In this document: positions 19,842 through 30,528 of the stretch, one piece after another
How positions within the stretch are numbered: the stretch's first letter is position 1
Layout: each line of letters opens with the position of its first letter
NCBI GenBank assembly: GCA_965249485.1
Contig: OZ252239.1
Span: 2,816,001-2,880,000, forward strand
Length of the DNA: 64,000 nt
Source: a bacterium
GTDB lineage: Bacteria > SM23-31
Reading direction: 5' to 3'
Notes under the pieces: model-generated
Seen by the model: only the letters and a program-made list of their open reading frames with translations
What the model was told of the DNA's origin: nothing
Database searches by the model: none
Program-made: the position numbers and the translations under genes

Positions 19842-20033
19842 CTATTTGTTTGAAAAGCTGACATCTTTCCCAAAACTGATCTCACCATTATCTATACGAA
19901 GATTAAATCCACATTCCGGATTTGTACAAACCCATGCTTTGTATTCGATTGTGGCACCATCGCGCCCATAATCCGATAGTGGAATAAGTACACCTTTTGA
20001 ACATTTCATGCAATCTGGATGAGCCTTCTCCAT
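19842..20033 (-). CDS. Small putative zinc-ribbon protein
   Basis: CMKC...CTNPEC with a GGGAG RBS. Confidence 0.75.
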   Translation of the reverse strand: MEKAHPDCMKCSKGVLIPLSDYGRDGATIEYKAWVCTNPECGFNLRIDNGEISFGKDVSFSNK

Positions 20034-20329
20034 TGATGATCTCCCATTTAAGTATTCACAACTCCGCTCTGATGTAACTGAGAACTTTTGTGGACTGTTC
20101 AGTCAAATTACAATGTATAAACAGGTAAACTATTTATTTTTTACGTTAATAATTTACATATTCTAAATATACAAAGCAATTAGTATTTATTGGAATTGAT
20201 GAAACTGACTTGTAGAATAATTGAATTATTATTAATAGAATTTACTTTACATATATGACTTAACTTTAATCTTTGAAGAGAGTTAAGTAACAGTATAATA
20301 ATACTTATTCAATTACTATCAGTGCATTG

Positions 20330-21202
20330 CTACCTTTTCAAAACTGCATATATAATCCTTGGACAAGCACTTAAGTATAATAAAACTCCTACAATTATAT
20401 TTGGTACAATCCAGTGAATTCCTCTGAAATATTTTCTGAAATATTGCAGAAATGCTCGGTGTGATAAAACTATCATTTTGATCCGCTGCTGCATTACACT
20501 GTGCCCGAAATGATGTGTAATTTTTGCCTCGGTCAAAAAAAACGCCTTTTTACCATTCAATTTCATTCGCTTACACCAGTCTACATCACTAAAGAACATT
20601 GTGAACCGTTCATCGAAATAGCCAACATTTACAAAGTCTTCTCTCCGTGTCACAAGACAAGCGCCCATTGGTTGATCAACTGTTGCAGGAGTATTGTGAT
20701 CAAAATATCCCATCTTCCAACCATTCATTACTTTGCTTTTTGGGAAAATGAGGTTCAATCCCAGCATATATGGCAGGATTGAGAACGGAGTGGGAAATTT
20801 CCGGCATGATGGAATAATATTATTTTCAACTGAAAGATGTTGAGGAGCGACAATCCCATAATCGCGGTTCTTATTCAAAGTATCTGTCACAATACCAAAA
20901 AAACCTGAGTGCAATACAGTATCAGGATTAAGCAGAACCAGAAAGCTGCCGTTTGAAGCAGCCAACCCCTGATTTATTGCCCTGGTATAGCCAATATTAT
21001 AATGATTTTGTATAACTTTTAAGGTACATCGATCTGAATATTTCACTGATTTGATGATATCAACCGTATCATCCATTGAGTTATTATCAACAACAAGAAT
21101 CTCACCCACTAATGAGTCAATATCCCTCAGAATGGATTCAAGACACTCTCGAATTACTTTCTGACTATTAAATGTTACTATAATACACGATATATCAGCC
21201 AT
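20330..21202 (-). CDS. Glycosyltransferase family 2 (WbbL-like)
   Basis: Motifs VVDNNS.D, LLNPD and FDERFTMFFSDVDWC. Confidence 0.9.
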   Translation of the reverse strand: MADISCIIVTFNSQKVIRECLESILRDIDSLVGEILVVDNNSMDDTVDIIKSVKYSDRCTLKVIQNHYNIGYTRAINQGLAASNGSFLVLLNPDTVLHSGFFGIVTDTLNKNRDYGIVAPQHLSVENNIIPSCRKFPTPFSILPYMLGLNLIFPKSKVMNGWKMGYFDHNTPATVDQPMGACLVTRREDFVNVGYFDERFTMFFSDVDWCKRMKLNGKKAFFLTEAKITHHFGHSVMQQRIKMIVLSHRAFLQYFRKYFRGIHWIVPNIIVGVLLYLSACPRIIYAVLKR

Positions 21203-21205
21203 ATT

Positions 21206-22276
21206 CTACAGGACAGTCAAATCACGTGATACATTTGTCAGAATTGAAATACCATCATTTTGAAGCACAACAAGGTCTTCAATTCGCACTCCAAATCGGC
21301 CGGGAATATAAATTCCCGGTTCTATAGTAAATACATTCGAATATTCAATCGGATCATTCAATTGAGATGAAATCCTTGGATACGTGTGCACTGATATCCC
21401 GACTCCATGCCCAAGAGCGTGCCCAAAATAATCACCATACCCGTGTAACGTAATATATGATCGAGCTGCGTTATCAACTACATTAGCCTGCACTCCATCC
21501 TGAATTTCTTCCATTGCACACCCGATAGCATTGTTGACAACTGAATGGATATTTTGTAATTCCTCATCTGCCTTCCCAAGCACAACAACACGAGAGAAAT
21601 CAGAGCAATAACCTGCAAATACGGCACCGAAATCGAGTTGGATGTTCTCTTCCTGAGTGAGTTTCTTTCTACTCGGTATACCATGCGGAAGGGCGGAATG
21701 CTCACCAAAAAGAACAATAGGGTTAAATGCATCGTCTTCACCACCGCTTTTTTTGATTCTATACGATATTTCAGCGGCTACATCAATTTCAGATACACCC
21801 TCTTCTAACACCTCAAGAATTTGATGGTAAACATCAATAGTAATGGAACTCGCTTTTTGAATATATTGAATCTCATCAAGTGATTTTTTTGCGGCAATTT
21901 TATCAATTTCCTCAGTAAAAGGAACAAGTGTAGTATCCTTCAGCTCTTCAGAAAATTGCTGATAAATTCTGAAAGAGAGATCTTCAGCCTCGAAACCCAA
22001 ATATTTATAAGAATTTATATCTTTGATTGTTGGGAGGCTTTTAGGAAGAGAATTGCGGGCAATGATGAGTTCATCTGCGGTCACTTCATTTTCAGCCTGA
22101 TACTGGTAGCGAAAGTCAGTTAGAAACACAGATGTTTTCTCCGAAATAATACCGAGTCCGTTACTCCCGGTAAATCCAAAAAGATAGCGCAAACTTGAGA
22201 GTTTACTAATAAGAAAAGCATCTAAATTTCGGGAGACAAGAACTGACCGGAGATTATTAAGGCGGGTATTATTCAT
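21206..22276 (-). CDS. Xaa-Pro aminopeptidase (M24B)
   Basis: Motifs DFGA, YCSDFSR, HALGHGVG, TIEPGIY and GVRIED. Confidence 0.92.
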   Translation of the reverse strand: MNNTRLNNLRSVLVSRNLDAFLISKLSSLRYLFGFTGSNGLGIISEKTSVFLTDFRYQYQAENEVTADELIIARNSLPKSLPTIKDINSYKYLGFEAEDLSFRIYQQFSEELKDTTLVPFTEEIDKIAAKKSLDEIQYIQKASSITIDVYHQILEVLEEGVSEIDVAAEISYRIKKSGGEDDAFNPIVLFGEHSALPHGIPSRKKLTQEENIQLDFGAVFAGYCSDFSRVVVLGKADEELQNIHSVVNNAIGCAMEEIQDGVQANVVDNAARSYITLHGYGDYFGHALGHGVGISVHTYPRISSQLNDPIEYSNVFTIEPGIYIPGRFGVRIEDLVVLQNDGISILTNVSRDLTVL

Positions 22277-24827
22277 CCATATTTATCTTAATCGCTTCGA
22301 TTTTTTCATCAATCAAGGGATTATCCGGTTCCTTTTCCTTAAGCGTCTCAAACACATTGAGAGCTTTTTCAAATTTACCCTGTGATATATATATTTCCCC
22401 AAGCGTCATTGTAGCAATCTCGCTAACGGCAACATCATCATCTTCCAAATCAATAGGTTCCAACTCATCCAATTCTTCATTACTTAAAGTCTGCTCTGAC
22501 TCAACCTCTTCTTCGTCGAGAACAAGTTCTTCACTGACTTCTTCACTGTCTACTTCAACCTCTTCCTCTTTGCTACTATCATCTTCTAATTCAAACTCCA
22601 CTTCATCAAGGTCAACTTCAGATGCTTCCTGCTCCTCTTCCGATGATTCCTCAGAATCTGTTTCAGCATCAAAATCTTCTTGAAAATCATCTTTAAGAAA
22701 ATCTGTGAAGTCATCTTTATTTTCTGTTTGAGAATCAGAGGAAACATCTATTTCTTCATCACCAATAGAAATTGCTTCTGCAGCATCATCAGTTTCTCCT
22801 TCTCCTTCACTATTTTCAAGTTCATCGATTTCTTGTACTGCTTCGTCCGATTCAATCACTTCTTCCAGATTGTCATCTTCCAATTCGTCAGAATCAGACA
22901 CAACATCTTCTACATCAAGGTCAATTTCAGATTCGACTTCGGCGTCAACAACAAGCTCATCCTCACTGCTGTCACTCTCATCATCAAGCTTAACATCAAC
23001 ACTGACATCTTCAATATTAAGTGCCTCCGATTCTTCTTCAGACTCTACATCCACTTGTACTTCTTCTATATCAGAAATGTCTTCGTCTTCCGATTCGGTA
23101 CTTTCTACTTCTATTTCTTCTTCGTCCTCAATAGAATCGTCTATTTCAAAATCTTTATCAAGATCAAGCGACTCAATAACCGGTTCACCGACCGCTTCTG
23201 TTGCGTCTTCGTCAAATTCAATATCGATTTCTTCGTCAGATTTCATATATTCTTCAAACGAAACATCATCGTCCGCTTCGGCTGATACTTCTTCACTTTC
23301 ATCTTCCAAATCTACTTCTTCAACGTTTTCTTTTGATTCTTCGGCAGCATCAACTTCGATCTCTTCGTCTGCCGCATCATCTCCTGATGTAAACTCTAAA
23401 TCATCTTCTTCTATTTCAAATTGTTCACTATCTTCTTCTGCGTCAATCTCGACATCTTCAACGTCAACATCATCTAATTCGTCCGAGGATTCCACATCTA
23501 TGGTATCATCATCAATCTCAACGACTTCATCTTCATCTGCTTCGATTTCAACCTCGTCTACCGCATCATCGGCAGATACCTCTAAAACCTCTTCATCGGC
23601 TAATTCTTCTGACTCAATCTCAACTCCTTCAACCTCTATAGCATCATCATCCTCATCGCCCTCTGATTCAATAGTCAGCGCGTCATCATCAGATTCATCT
23701 GCTTCTGCCCAAACCTCTTCATCTACTTCTTCAATTTCATCGAGTGAAAAATCTTCCTCATCTGCTTCTTCCGACTCGACTGTTTCTTCCGTGTCGTCCA
23801 CCTCTTCTATTGATTCTTCAACCTCTTCTAATTCATCTGTTTCGTCTGAACTCTCAACTTCATCAATATCAATTTCTTCTTCTGTCTCATCTAAAGTTTC
23901 ATCTGCATCATCAATAGCTTCTTCTACTTCATCAGACTCAAGCTCTATTGTTTCAACTTCATCAGAAATTTTTTCTTCATCTGAATCAGAAGTTTGAGTT
24001 AAAATATCCTCTGGCGACTCTTCGGGGGATTCAAGGTCACTATCAACCTCTATGTTAACGTCTTCTAACTCTTCGCCAGCTTCTTCCTCCAACACTGCTT
24101 CATCTGTAGATTCGTCATCGGATAAAGATTCCTCTGTTTCAACAGTTTCCTCTACAAGGTCATCAACGACTTCTTCTTCAGTTTCCACCTCTTCAAGAAC
24201 ATCGGCAGATTCTTCATCAAGAGCAGCTTCAATTGCTTCCTCTGCTTCTTTTGCAGCAGACAATTCCTCATCAACAACTTTTTCTTCAGCAATCTGCTCG
24301 CTTTCTTCCGTATCTGGCACACCGATCTGTTCTTCATCAGGCTGGCTTTCAGCATCAGACACTTCTGTTTCAACATCAGGCACTCCCACCTCATCCATAC
24401 TCACAACTTCTGCAGATTCAACCTGTGTAGATTCTAATTCTACAACTTCGGCTTCTTCGTTGAGTGGGTCACATAGAGAATAGGAATTGAAGTAATCTCG
24501 AGCGGAACTTTCATCCCCTTCATCTTTTAGCAGTCGGCTCAACAACTTATTTGCAACTATATTATTGGGATCGAATGTTAATACTCTGTATAATTCTTCC
24601 TTCGCCTGATCCTTCATTGAAGCTGCATAATAGCACTTTGCAAGAATCAAATGTCCAGTTATATAATAGGGAAACTTATGTATCCCTTTTTCACATATTT
24701 CAATGGCTTTTTCTATATCATCTTGCATAAACCGCGCATCTGCAAGTCGGGCAAAAAGAACAGAATTCTTTTCTTTAGCAATTTTTTTCTCTAAATTTTT
24801 TATTTCTTTATTGAGATTCTGGTCCAT
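22269..24827 (-). CDS. TPR protein with very long acidic linker
   Basis: N-terminal TPRs, ~690 aa D/E-dominated region, C-terminal TPR-like TMTLGEIYISQGKFEKALNVF. Confidence 0.85.
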   Translation of the reverse strand: MDQNLNKEIKNLEKKIAKEKNSVLFARLADARFMQDDIEKAIEICEKGIHKFPYYITGHLILAKCYYAASMKDQAKEELYRVLTFDPNNIVANKLLSRLLKDEGDESSARDYFNSYSLCDPLNEEAEVVELESTQVESAEVVSMDEVGVPDVETEVSDAESQPDEEQIGVPDTEESEQIAEEKVVDEELSAAKEAEEAIEAALDEESADVLEEVETEEEVVDDLVEETVETEESLSDDESTDEAVLEEEAGEELEDVNIEVDSDLESPEESPEDILTQTSDSDEEKISDEVETIELESDEVEEAIDDADETLDETEEEIDIDEVESSDETDELEEVEESIEEVDDTEETVESEEADEEDFSLDEIEEVDEEVWAEADESDDDALTIESEGDEDDDAIEVEGVEIESEELADEEVLEVSADDAVDEVEIEADEDEVVEIDDDTIDVESSDELDDVDVEDVEIDAEEDSEQFEIEEDDLEFTSGDDAADEEIEVDAAEESKENVEEVDLEDESEEVSAEADDDVSFEEYMKSDEEIDIEFDEDATEAVGEPVIESLDLDKDFEIDDSIEDEEEIEVESTESEDEDISDIEEVQVDVESEEESEALNIEDVSVDVKLDDESDSSEDELVVDAEVESEIDLDVEDVVSDSDELEDDNLEEVIESDEAVQEIDELENSEGEGETDDAAEAISIGDEEIDVSSDSQTENKDDFTDFLKDDFQEDFDAETDSEESSEEEQEASEVDLDEVEFELEDDSSKEEEVEVDSEEVSEELVLDEEEVESEQTLSNEELDELEPIDLEDDDVAVSEIATMTLGEIYISQGKFEKALNVFETLKEKEPDNPLIDEKIEAIKINMDE

Positions 24828-24979
24828 CTGTCCGACCCTTAGGAATATTTAAAAAATATTTTTGCATATTAAAATGCACAGTAATATAATAATTAAATTT
24901 TCTGTAGCAAACTATAATTTCCATAATTACAAATAGTTATGAGACACAACCTTTATTATAGCATCCATGAAACTTTTGT

Positions 24980-25223
24980 GAAAAGAGTTTTCCCTCTGTC
25001 TTGTATTGTGAAGGTGATCCGTATACCGGTTCAAATTGAATAAAATCGGTAGTAAATTCGGCATCCACACACACATTTTCGTCGTGCAAGCCGTCAATCA
25101 CAATTGTTGCATCAATTATTTTGGCGTTTTGTTCATTATCCCCAATATTGAGCACAGAATAGAAATGGAACTGAATAATTCGATAAACACAACTACTAGT
25201 GTATTCACATAAGAGGTCCTCAT
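24980..25223 (-). pseudogene. Truncated, frameshifted N-terminus of a CBM9-like/DUF5916-type protein
   Basis: A hydrophobic leader from ATG 25223 in one frame, and IVIDGLHDENVCVDAEFTTDFIQFEPVYGSPSQYKTE in another, then a stop at 24937. Confidence 0.55.
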
Positions 25224-25378
25224 TATCCATCTCTGACAATTGAGCAATAGAATAGATCGTCTATCTTTTACATCTTTGTGAAATATACACAGTGAGAATT
25301 CACAAAAGATTACTATCGTATTACATTTCTGTAATTTTGCCAATATATGAAACGTATTTATCTATAAATATTCCGGAA

Positions 25379-25885
25379 TTACCACCCCGATGATATTTTA
25401 TCAATAATGTCTCTTGTAACCTGTTCAAGTGCCTGGCTTATTGCCGCCTCTCTGCTCCCTTCACCACTCCCAAGCAGTTCTGTGTAAAGACCTGATCCTT
25501 TTACTCTTTCAGATACTATTACGTCTCCAGAATTTCTGTCAGCGAGTTTAACCAGGACATTTATCTGCACTTCAAATTGACTCGCCCTTTCATTGCTTGC
25601 AAGATCAGTAGCAACATCCAGTATCGATTCAATCACTCCTGACAACAGTGCATCTGCTTGATTCTGCCCTACTATGGTAAAAATATTTTCATCAACGAAA
25701 ATAGTTATTATTGAATTTTGCAACCGCTCACTAAGCTGTATCTCATCTGTTCGATCGTTAAAAAGTTGTACAGCTATACTTTCGACACCCGGCAACGCTT
25801 TTTCAGAAAAGGAATAACTCCAGCATGAAACTGATCCGATAGTTAAGATGCAAATGAGTATTGAATTCAGTATGTATTTATTCAT
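25379..25885 (-). CDS. lptE: LptE-family LPS-assembly lipoprotein
   Basis: Lipobox SVS|C followed by YSFS, ADALLSGVI, terminal W; follows a sigma54 activator as in FCB genomes. Confidence 0.75.
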   Translation of the reverse strand: MNKYILNSILICILTIGSVSCWSYSFSEKALPGVESIAVQLFNDRTDEIQLSERLQNSIITIFVDENIFTIVGQNQADALLSGVIESILDVATDLASNERASQFEVQINVLVKLADRNSGDVIVSERVKGSGLYTELLGSGEGSREAAISQALEQVTRDIIDKISSGW

Positions 25886-25890
25886 TTTCC

Positions 25891-27033
25891 CTACATATCT
25901 TTCAATCTTCTGTACAGTGTACGCTCACTGATACCAAGCACTTTTGCTGCACGTTTTCTGTTTCCGTTGAAGCGATGTAGTGCTTTTTGTATAGTATCCG
26001 CCTCAATTTTTTCCACTGAGAAATCCTCAAACTCATCGTCCCCAATATCGACGAGTCCAGATACATCACCAAATGAACGGTCCAATTGTGGAATTCCCGA
26101 TTGTCGGCGATGTAGATGCATTAAATCCTGCATCATTGTCTTGAGGTCTTCTACATCCACTCGAAGACCTAACAATGCTCTGTAGATCAATTCCCGTTCA
26201 GCTTGATCCGTTGTTTTATTTACATGAACAGGTAGACCGCTTATCCCTACCTGATTGTTTTTTATTGATTCAGGCAAATCAGCCAACTCAATTGTGCCGC
26301 CTTTCTTAAGCAACACAAGACTTTCGAGAAGGTTCTTCAATTCACGGATATTCCCAGGCCACGAATAATTATAAAATCCTTCAATAACGCCGTGACCAAA
26401 ACCGTTATGCTTAATCGCATATTTCTGCTCAAGTTCTTTTATGAAATGTGAAATGAGCATCTCTAAATCCTGACCACGTTCTCGTAATGGAGGAAGCGTT
26501 ATTGTTATTGATTTTAATCTATAAAACAGATCCTGCCTGAAGTTTCCCCTCTGTACTTCCTGCTCAAGGTCTTTATTCGTAGAGGCAATGATTCGTGCAT
26601 TCGTAACCAGTTTCTTCGATCCTCCGACACGAATAAATTCACCTAACTCAAGAACCCGTAACAATTTCACCTGTGTTATCAGGCTCATTTCACCGATTTC
26701 ATCTAAAAAGATAGTGCCGTTGTTCGCCAATTCAAAATAACCAATACGCCGTGCGGTAGCTCCGGTGAAAGAACCTTTTTCATGCCCGAACAGTTCACTT
26801 TCCAGAATTCCTTCATGGATTGCTCCGCAGTTTACCGAAACATTCTCACCATTCACCCTGCTGCTCTGCCCGTGTACAGCCCGTGCAACCAATTCTTTTC
26901 CTGTCCCGCTTTCACCCTGAATGAGAACAGCTACATCGGTATCTGCAACTCTTCTGATGATCTCAAGCACATCGAGTATTTTTTGAGATGTACCAATGAT
27001 TCCCCAGGAGTCGTCATTCATCGTATTGCTCAT
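25891..27033 (-). CDS. Sigma54-dependent activator (AAA+, Fis HTH), no N-terminal sensor domain
   Basis: GESGTGKE, ELFGHEKGSFTGA, WPGNIREL and LGISERTLYRRL. Confidence 0.93.
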   Translation of the reverse strand: MSNTMNDDSWGIIGTSQKILDVLEIIRRVADTDVAVLIQGESGTGKELVARAVHGQSSRVNGENVSVNCGAIHEGILESELFGHEKGSFTGATARRIGYFELANNGTIFLDEIGEMSLITQVKLLRVLELGEFIRVGGSKKLVTNARIIASTNKDLEQEVQRGNFRQDLFYRLKSITITLPPLRERGQDLEMLISHFIKELEQKYAIKHNGFGHGVIEGFYNYSWPGNIRELKNLLESLVLLKKGGTIELADLPESIKNNQVGISGLPVHVNKTTDQAERELIYRALLGLRVDVEDLKTMMQDLMHLHRRQSGIPQLDRSFGDVSGLVDIGDDEFEDFSVEKIEADTIQKALHRFNGNRKRAAKVLGISERTLYRRLKDM

Positions 27034-27075
27034 AATAATTTTGCTATTTTGATTTTACAATTAGAAACAACAATA

Positions 27076-28359
27076 TCATGATTTCTGAAGCCTGGCAAGC
27101 CCTTTTTTCCCAATATCCGTTCTAAAATAGGCTTTCTCAAAATGAATCGAATCTGCCAAAAGATAGGTGTTGTCTATAGCCCAACTCAAGTCCTGATTCA
27201 GAGCATTCACGCAGATAACTCTCCCCCCATTTGTGTAGAATTTACCATCTATCAATTTCGTCCCTGCATGAAAGACATTTTTATCTTTTGCTCTTACTAT
27301 CGAGTTTAGACCTTTAATTTCTTTTCCTTTTTCATATGATCCGGGGTATCCACCTGAGGCCATCACGACACAAACAGAATAGAGAGAGAGAGAACGAAGT
27401 GAATGTTGATCAAGTGTTCCATCGCAGGTTGCTTCCATTAAATCTACTATATCGTTTTCAATAAGAGGTAGCACAGCCTGTGTTTCAGGATCACCAAACC
27501 TGCAGTTAAACTCTATCACTTTCGGTCCCGTATTGGTAATCATAAGGCCGGCATACAGCAATCCTGTATAAAGCGAATCTTCCTGTTTCAGTGCATCAAT
27601 TGTAGGGCGGATTATTTCCTTACTGATTCGCATCATGAGAACATCATCCGCTATTGGTGCCGGAGCATACGCTCCCATACCTCCTGTATTCGGCCCCTTG
27701 TCACCATCGTATACAGGTTTATGATCCTGCGCGGACGGTAGTATAACGTAATTGGTTCCATCTGTTAATACAAAAACTGAAAGCTCTTCTCCAGTTAAAT
27801 ACTCCTCTATTATAACAGTATTACCGGAATCGCCGAATGCTCGCTCAACCATGATTGATTGGATGGCACTATGCGCTTCTTCATCGGTCTGGCACACAAT
27901 TGCACCTTTACCTGCTGCAAACCCATCAGCTTTTACTACAATCGGCGCTTTGTGGGTCGATAAATAATCAAAAGCGTTATCCGGATCGGTAAACGATTCA
28001 TATTCAGTAGTAGGAATAGAATAATTCCTCATCAGATCCTTTGCAAAAGCTTTGCTACCTTCAATCCGGGCTGCATTTTTCGTCGGACCGAATATTTTAA
28101 GGTTTTCACTCTGAAATGCATCAACTATTCCATCTACCAACGGAACTTCCGGGCCTATGACCGTCAGGTCAATTTTGTGCTCTTTCGCCAATCGAAGTTG
28201 TCCATCAATGTCATCAGCCGCAACGGGAATACAATCGGTAACTGCTTGTATACCGCCGTTTCCTGGCGCACACAAAATAGATTCAACACGGGGAGATTGT
28301 TTCATTTTCCAGATAAGCACATGCTCCCGGCCTCCGCTTCCTACAACAAGAATCTTCAT
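27076..28359 (-). CDS. purD: Phosphoribosylamine--glycine ligase
   Basis: Motifs GSGGREH, QDHK, GPNTGGMGAY and EFNCRFGDPE. Confidence 0.97.
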   Translation of the reverse strand: MKILVVGSGGREHVLIWKMKQSPRVESILCAPGNGGIQAVTDCIPVAADDIDGQLRLAKEHKIDLTVIGPEVPLVDGIVDAFQSENLKIFGPTKNAARIEGSKAFAKDLMRNYSIPTTEYESFTDPDNAFDYLSTHKAPIVVKADGFAAGKGAIVCQTDEEAHSAIQSIMVERAFGDSGNTVIIEEYLTGEELSVFVLTDGTNYVILPSAQDHKPVYDGDKGPNTGGMGAYAPAPIADDVLMMRISKEIIRPTIDALKQEDSLYTGLLYAGLMITNTGPKVIEFNCRFGDPETQAVLPLIENDIVDLMEATCDGTLDQHSLRSLSLYSVCVVMASGGYPGSYEKGKEIKGLNSIVRAKDKNVFHAGTKLIDGKFYTNGGRVICVNALNQDLSWAIDNTYLLADSIHFEKAYFRTDIGKKGLARLQKS

Positions 28360-28381
28360 AATTCAACTCAACCTTCAATCG

Positions 28382-30376
28382 TTAATAATTCACTTTAGAT
28401 GATTTTATTAAACTCTCTATTTCATCTCTCAAAGCAGCAGCTCTTTCAAAAGATAGATTTTTCGCAGCTACCTTCATCTCTTTTTCTAGCCTGTCAATCA
28501 TCTCTTCTCTCTCTAATGCGGAAAGAATTCGCTCTTCCCGTTTTTCCCTAATAACAGGTTGTCCTTTTGCATCTGCCACTGATGTAGAAATCAAAACTTC
28601 ATCAATAGTTTTATATACAGTCATCGGTGTAATACTATTCTCTTTATTATAGGCTTCCTGAATCTTTTTCCGCCGCTCTGTCTCATCAATAAGATTTTGC
28701 ATCGCATTCGTTACTTTATCTGCGTAGAGCAATACTGTTCCATTAACATTTCGCGCTGCGCGGCCTGCGGTCTGCATGAGGGATCGCTCTGATCTCAAAA
28801 ACCCTTCCTTGTCTGCATCAAGAATTGCTACAAGCGAAACTTCCGGCAGATCCAATCCTTCTCTCAGAAGATTGATGCCAACAAGAACATCAAACTCGGC
28901 AAGGCGTAGTTCCCGCAAAATTTCCACTCTATCAAGTGCAGCGATCTCAGAATGGAGATAGCGAACTTTAATACCCAATGAAGCAAGATAATCTGATAGA
29001 TCTTCGGACATTCTCTTGGTCAGAGTTGTCACTAATATCCGTTCATTAATTTCTGTACGCTGTTTTATTTCATCGATAAGGTCGTCAATCTGACCTTTAA
29101 TCGGACGAATTATAATAGTAGGATCAGTCAAACCGGTCGGCCGAATAATCTGCTCCACAACAACTCCACCTGATTGCTCATATTCATATTCTGATGGCGT
29201 CGCAGAAACAAATACTGCATGATTAATCAAAGATTGAAACTCTTCAAAATAGAGCGGCCTGTTATCAAGAGCAGACGGTAGCCTGAAACCGTACTCAACA
29301 AGTGTTTGCTTGCGGGACTTATCACCTGCTGACATCCCTCTGATTTGCGGTAGTGTAGCATGCGATTCATCGATAAAAGTGATATAATCTTTAGGAAAAA
29401 AATCTATAAGCGTATACGGTCTCTGCCCCTGATCTCTTCCGGTTATATGCCGGGAATAGTTTTCGATACCGGAGCAGTACCCCAGCTCCTCCATCATTTC
29501 AATATCATATTTTGTCCGCTGTTCTATTCGCTGTGCCTCAAGCAGCTTGTTCTCCGAACGGAATTCTGTCAGTTGCTCTTCAAGTTCTTCTTTTATTTTT
29601 ACTATCGCCTTTTCGAGCTTGGGTACAGTAGTAACAAAATGGCGTGCTGGGTAAATATAAGCTGCCTCCCGCTCGCTAATCACTTCTCCTGTTATTACAT
29701 TGATTTCTGATATCCGCTCAATTTCTGTATCGAATAATTCAACACGGATTGCAGTATCGGTATATGATGGAAAAATTTCAATAACATCACCTCGTGCTCG
29801 AAAGGTACCCCGGTGAAAATCGATATCATTTCGTGAATAGAGAATGTCAATAAGACTTTCGAGTATCGCACGTCTTTCTATCTTTTGGCCTTTTCTAAGC
29901 TGCATATGGAGGTTGGCATAATCTTCCGGTGAACCTAAACCGTATATGCAGGATACAGACGCTACAACGATCACATCCTCGCGCTCAAGAAGAGAACTTG
30001 TTGTTCTCAGGCGGAGTTTGTCTATTTCTTCATTAACCGATGTGTCTTTTTCAATATAAAGGTCCTGGACTGCTACATATGCCTCCGGTTGGTAGTAGTC
30101 ATAATAGCTGATAAAATACTCGACGGCATTATGGGGGAAGAAATTTTTGAATTCTCCATATAACTGAGCAGCAAGTGTCTTGTTGTGAGATATGATCAGC
30201 GTGGGTCTGTCTAACTTCTGTATAACATTCGCCATAGTGAAGGTTTTGCCTGATCCCGTAACTCCGAGAAGTGTCTGATACTTTCTGCTGTCCAGAATAC
30301 CTGCACTAATCTCATCGATCGCTTGCTGTTGATCACCCTTTGGCGAGTAGTTTGTAACCAGTTTAAATTTCGACAT
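28382..30376 (-). CDS. uvrB: Excinuclease ABC subunit B
   Basis: Motifs [18 protein letters not shown] and C-terminal FERAAALRD. Confidence 0.98.
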   Translation of the reverse strand: MSKFKLVTNYSPKGDQQQAIDEISAGILDSRKYQTLLGVTGSGKTFTMANVIQKLDRPTLIISHNKTLAAQLYGEFKNFFPHNAVEYFISYYDYYQPEAYVAVQDLYIEKDTSVNEEIDKLRLRTTSSLLEREDVIVVASVSCIYGLGSPEDYANLHMQLRKGQKIERRAILESLIDILYSRNDIDFHRGTFRARGDVIEIFPSYTDTAIRVELFDTEIERISEINVITGEVISEREAAYIYPARHFVTTVPKLEKAIVKIKEELEEQLTEFRSENKLLEAQRIEQRTKYDIEMMEELGYCSGIENYSRHITGRDQGQRPYTLIDFFPKDYITFIDESHATLPQIRGMSAGDKSRKQTLVEYGFRLPSALDNRPLYFEEFQSLINHAVFVSATPSEYEYEQSGGVVVEQIIRPTGLTDPTIIIRPIKGQIDDLIDEIKQRTEINERILVTTLTKRMSEDLSDYLASLGIKVRYLHSEIAALDRVEILRELRLAEFDVLVGINLLREGLDLPEVSLVAILDADKEGFLRSERSLMQTAGRAARNVNGTVLLYADKVTNAMQNLIDETERRKKIQEAYNKENSITPMTVYKTIDEVLISTSVADAKGQPVIREKREERILSALEREEMIDRLEKEMKVAAKNLSFERAAALRDEIESLIKSSKVNY

Positions 30377-30528
30377 TGAGTACTAGTAAATTATTAACAT
30401 TTTGGAATTTCCTTTAATACATATGACACAATGTCATAACAACACTAACAATTTGTCATATACCAATAATAACAAATCCAATTCACGTTCTCAAGTTATT
30501 TGTTGACAATTTTTTAACTCATAGTCCA

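Noticed and set aside
22357..24483. Long Ser-rich and Phe/Ile-rich plus-strand ORFs (up to 375 aa)
   Set aside because: Antisense shadows of the GAA/GAT-rich acidic gene, whose reverse complement rarely contains stops.
25272..25310. ttgtgaa...ttcacaa palindrome as a Rex or CRP site
   Set aside because: The 16-nt spacer does not fit either consensus; probably a simple hairpin.
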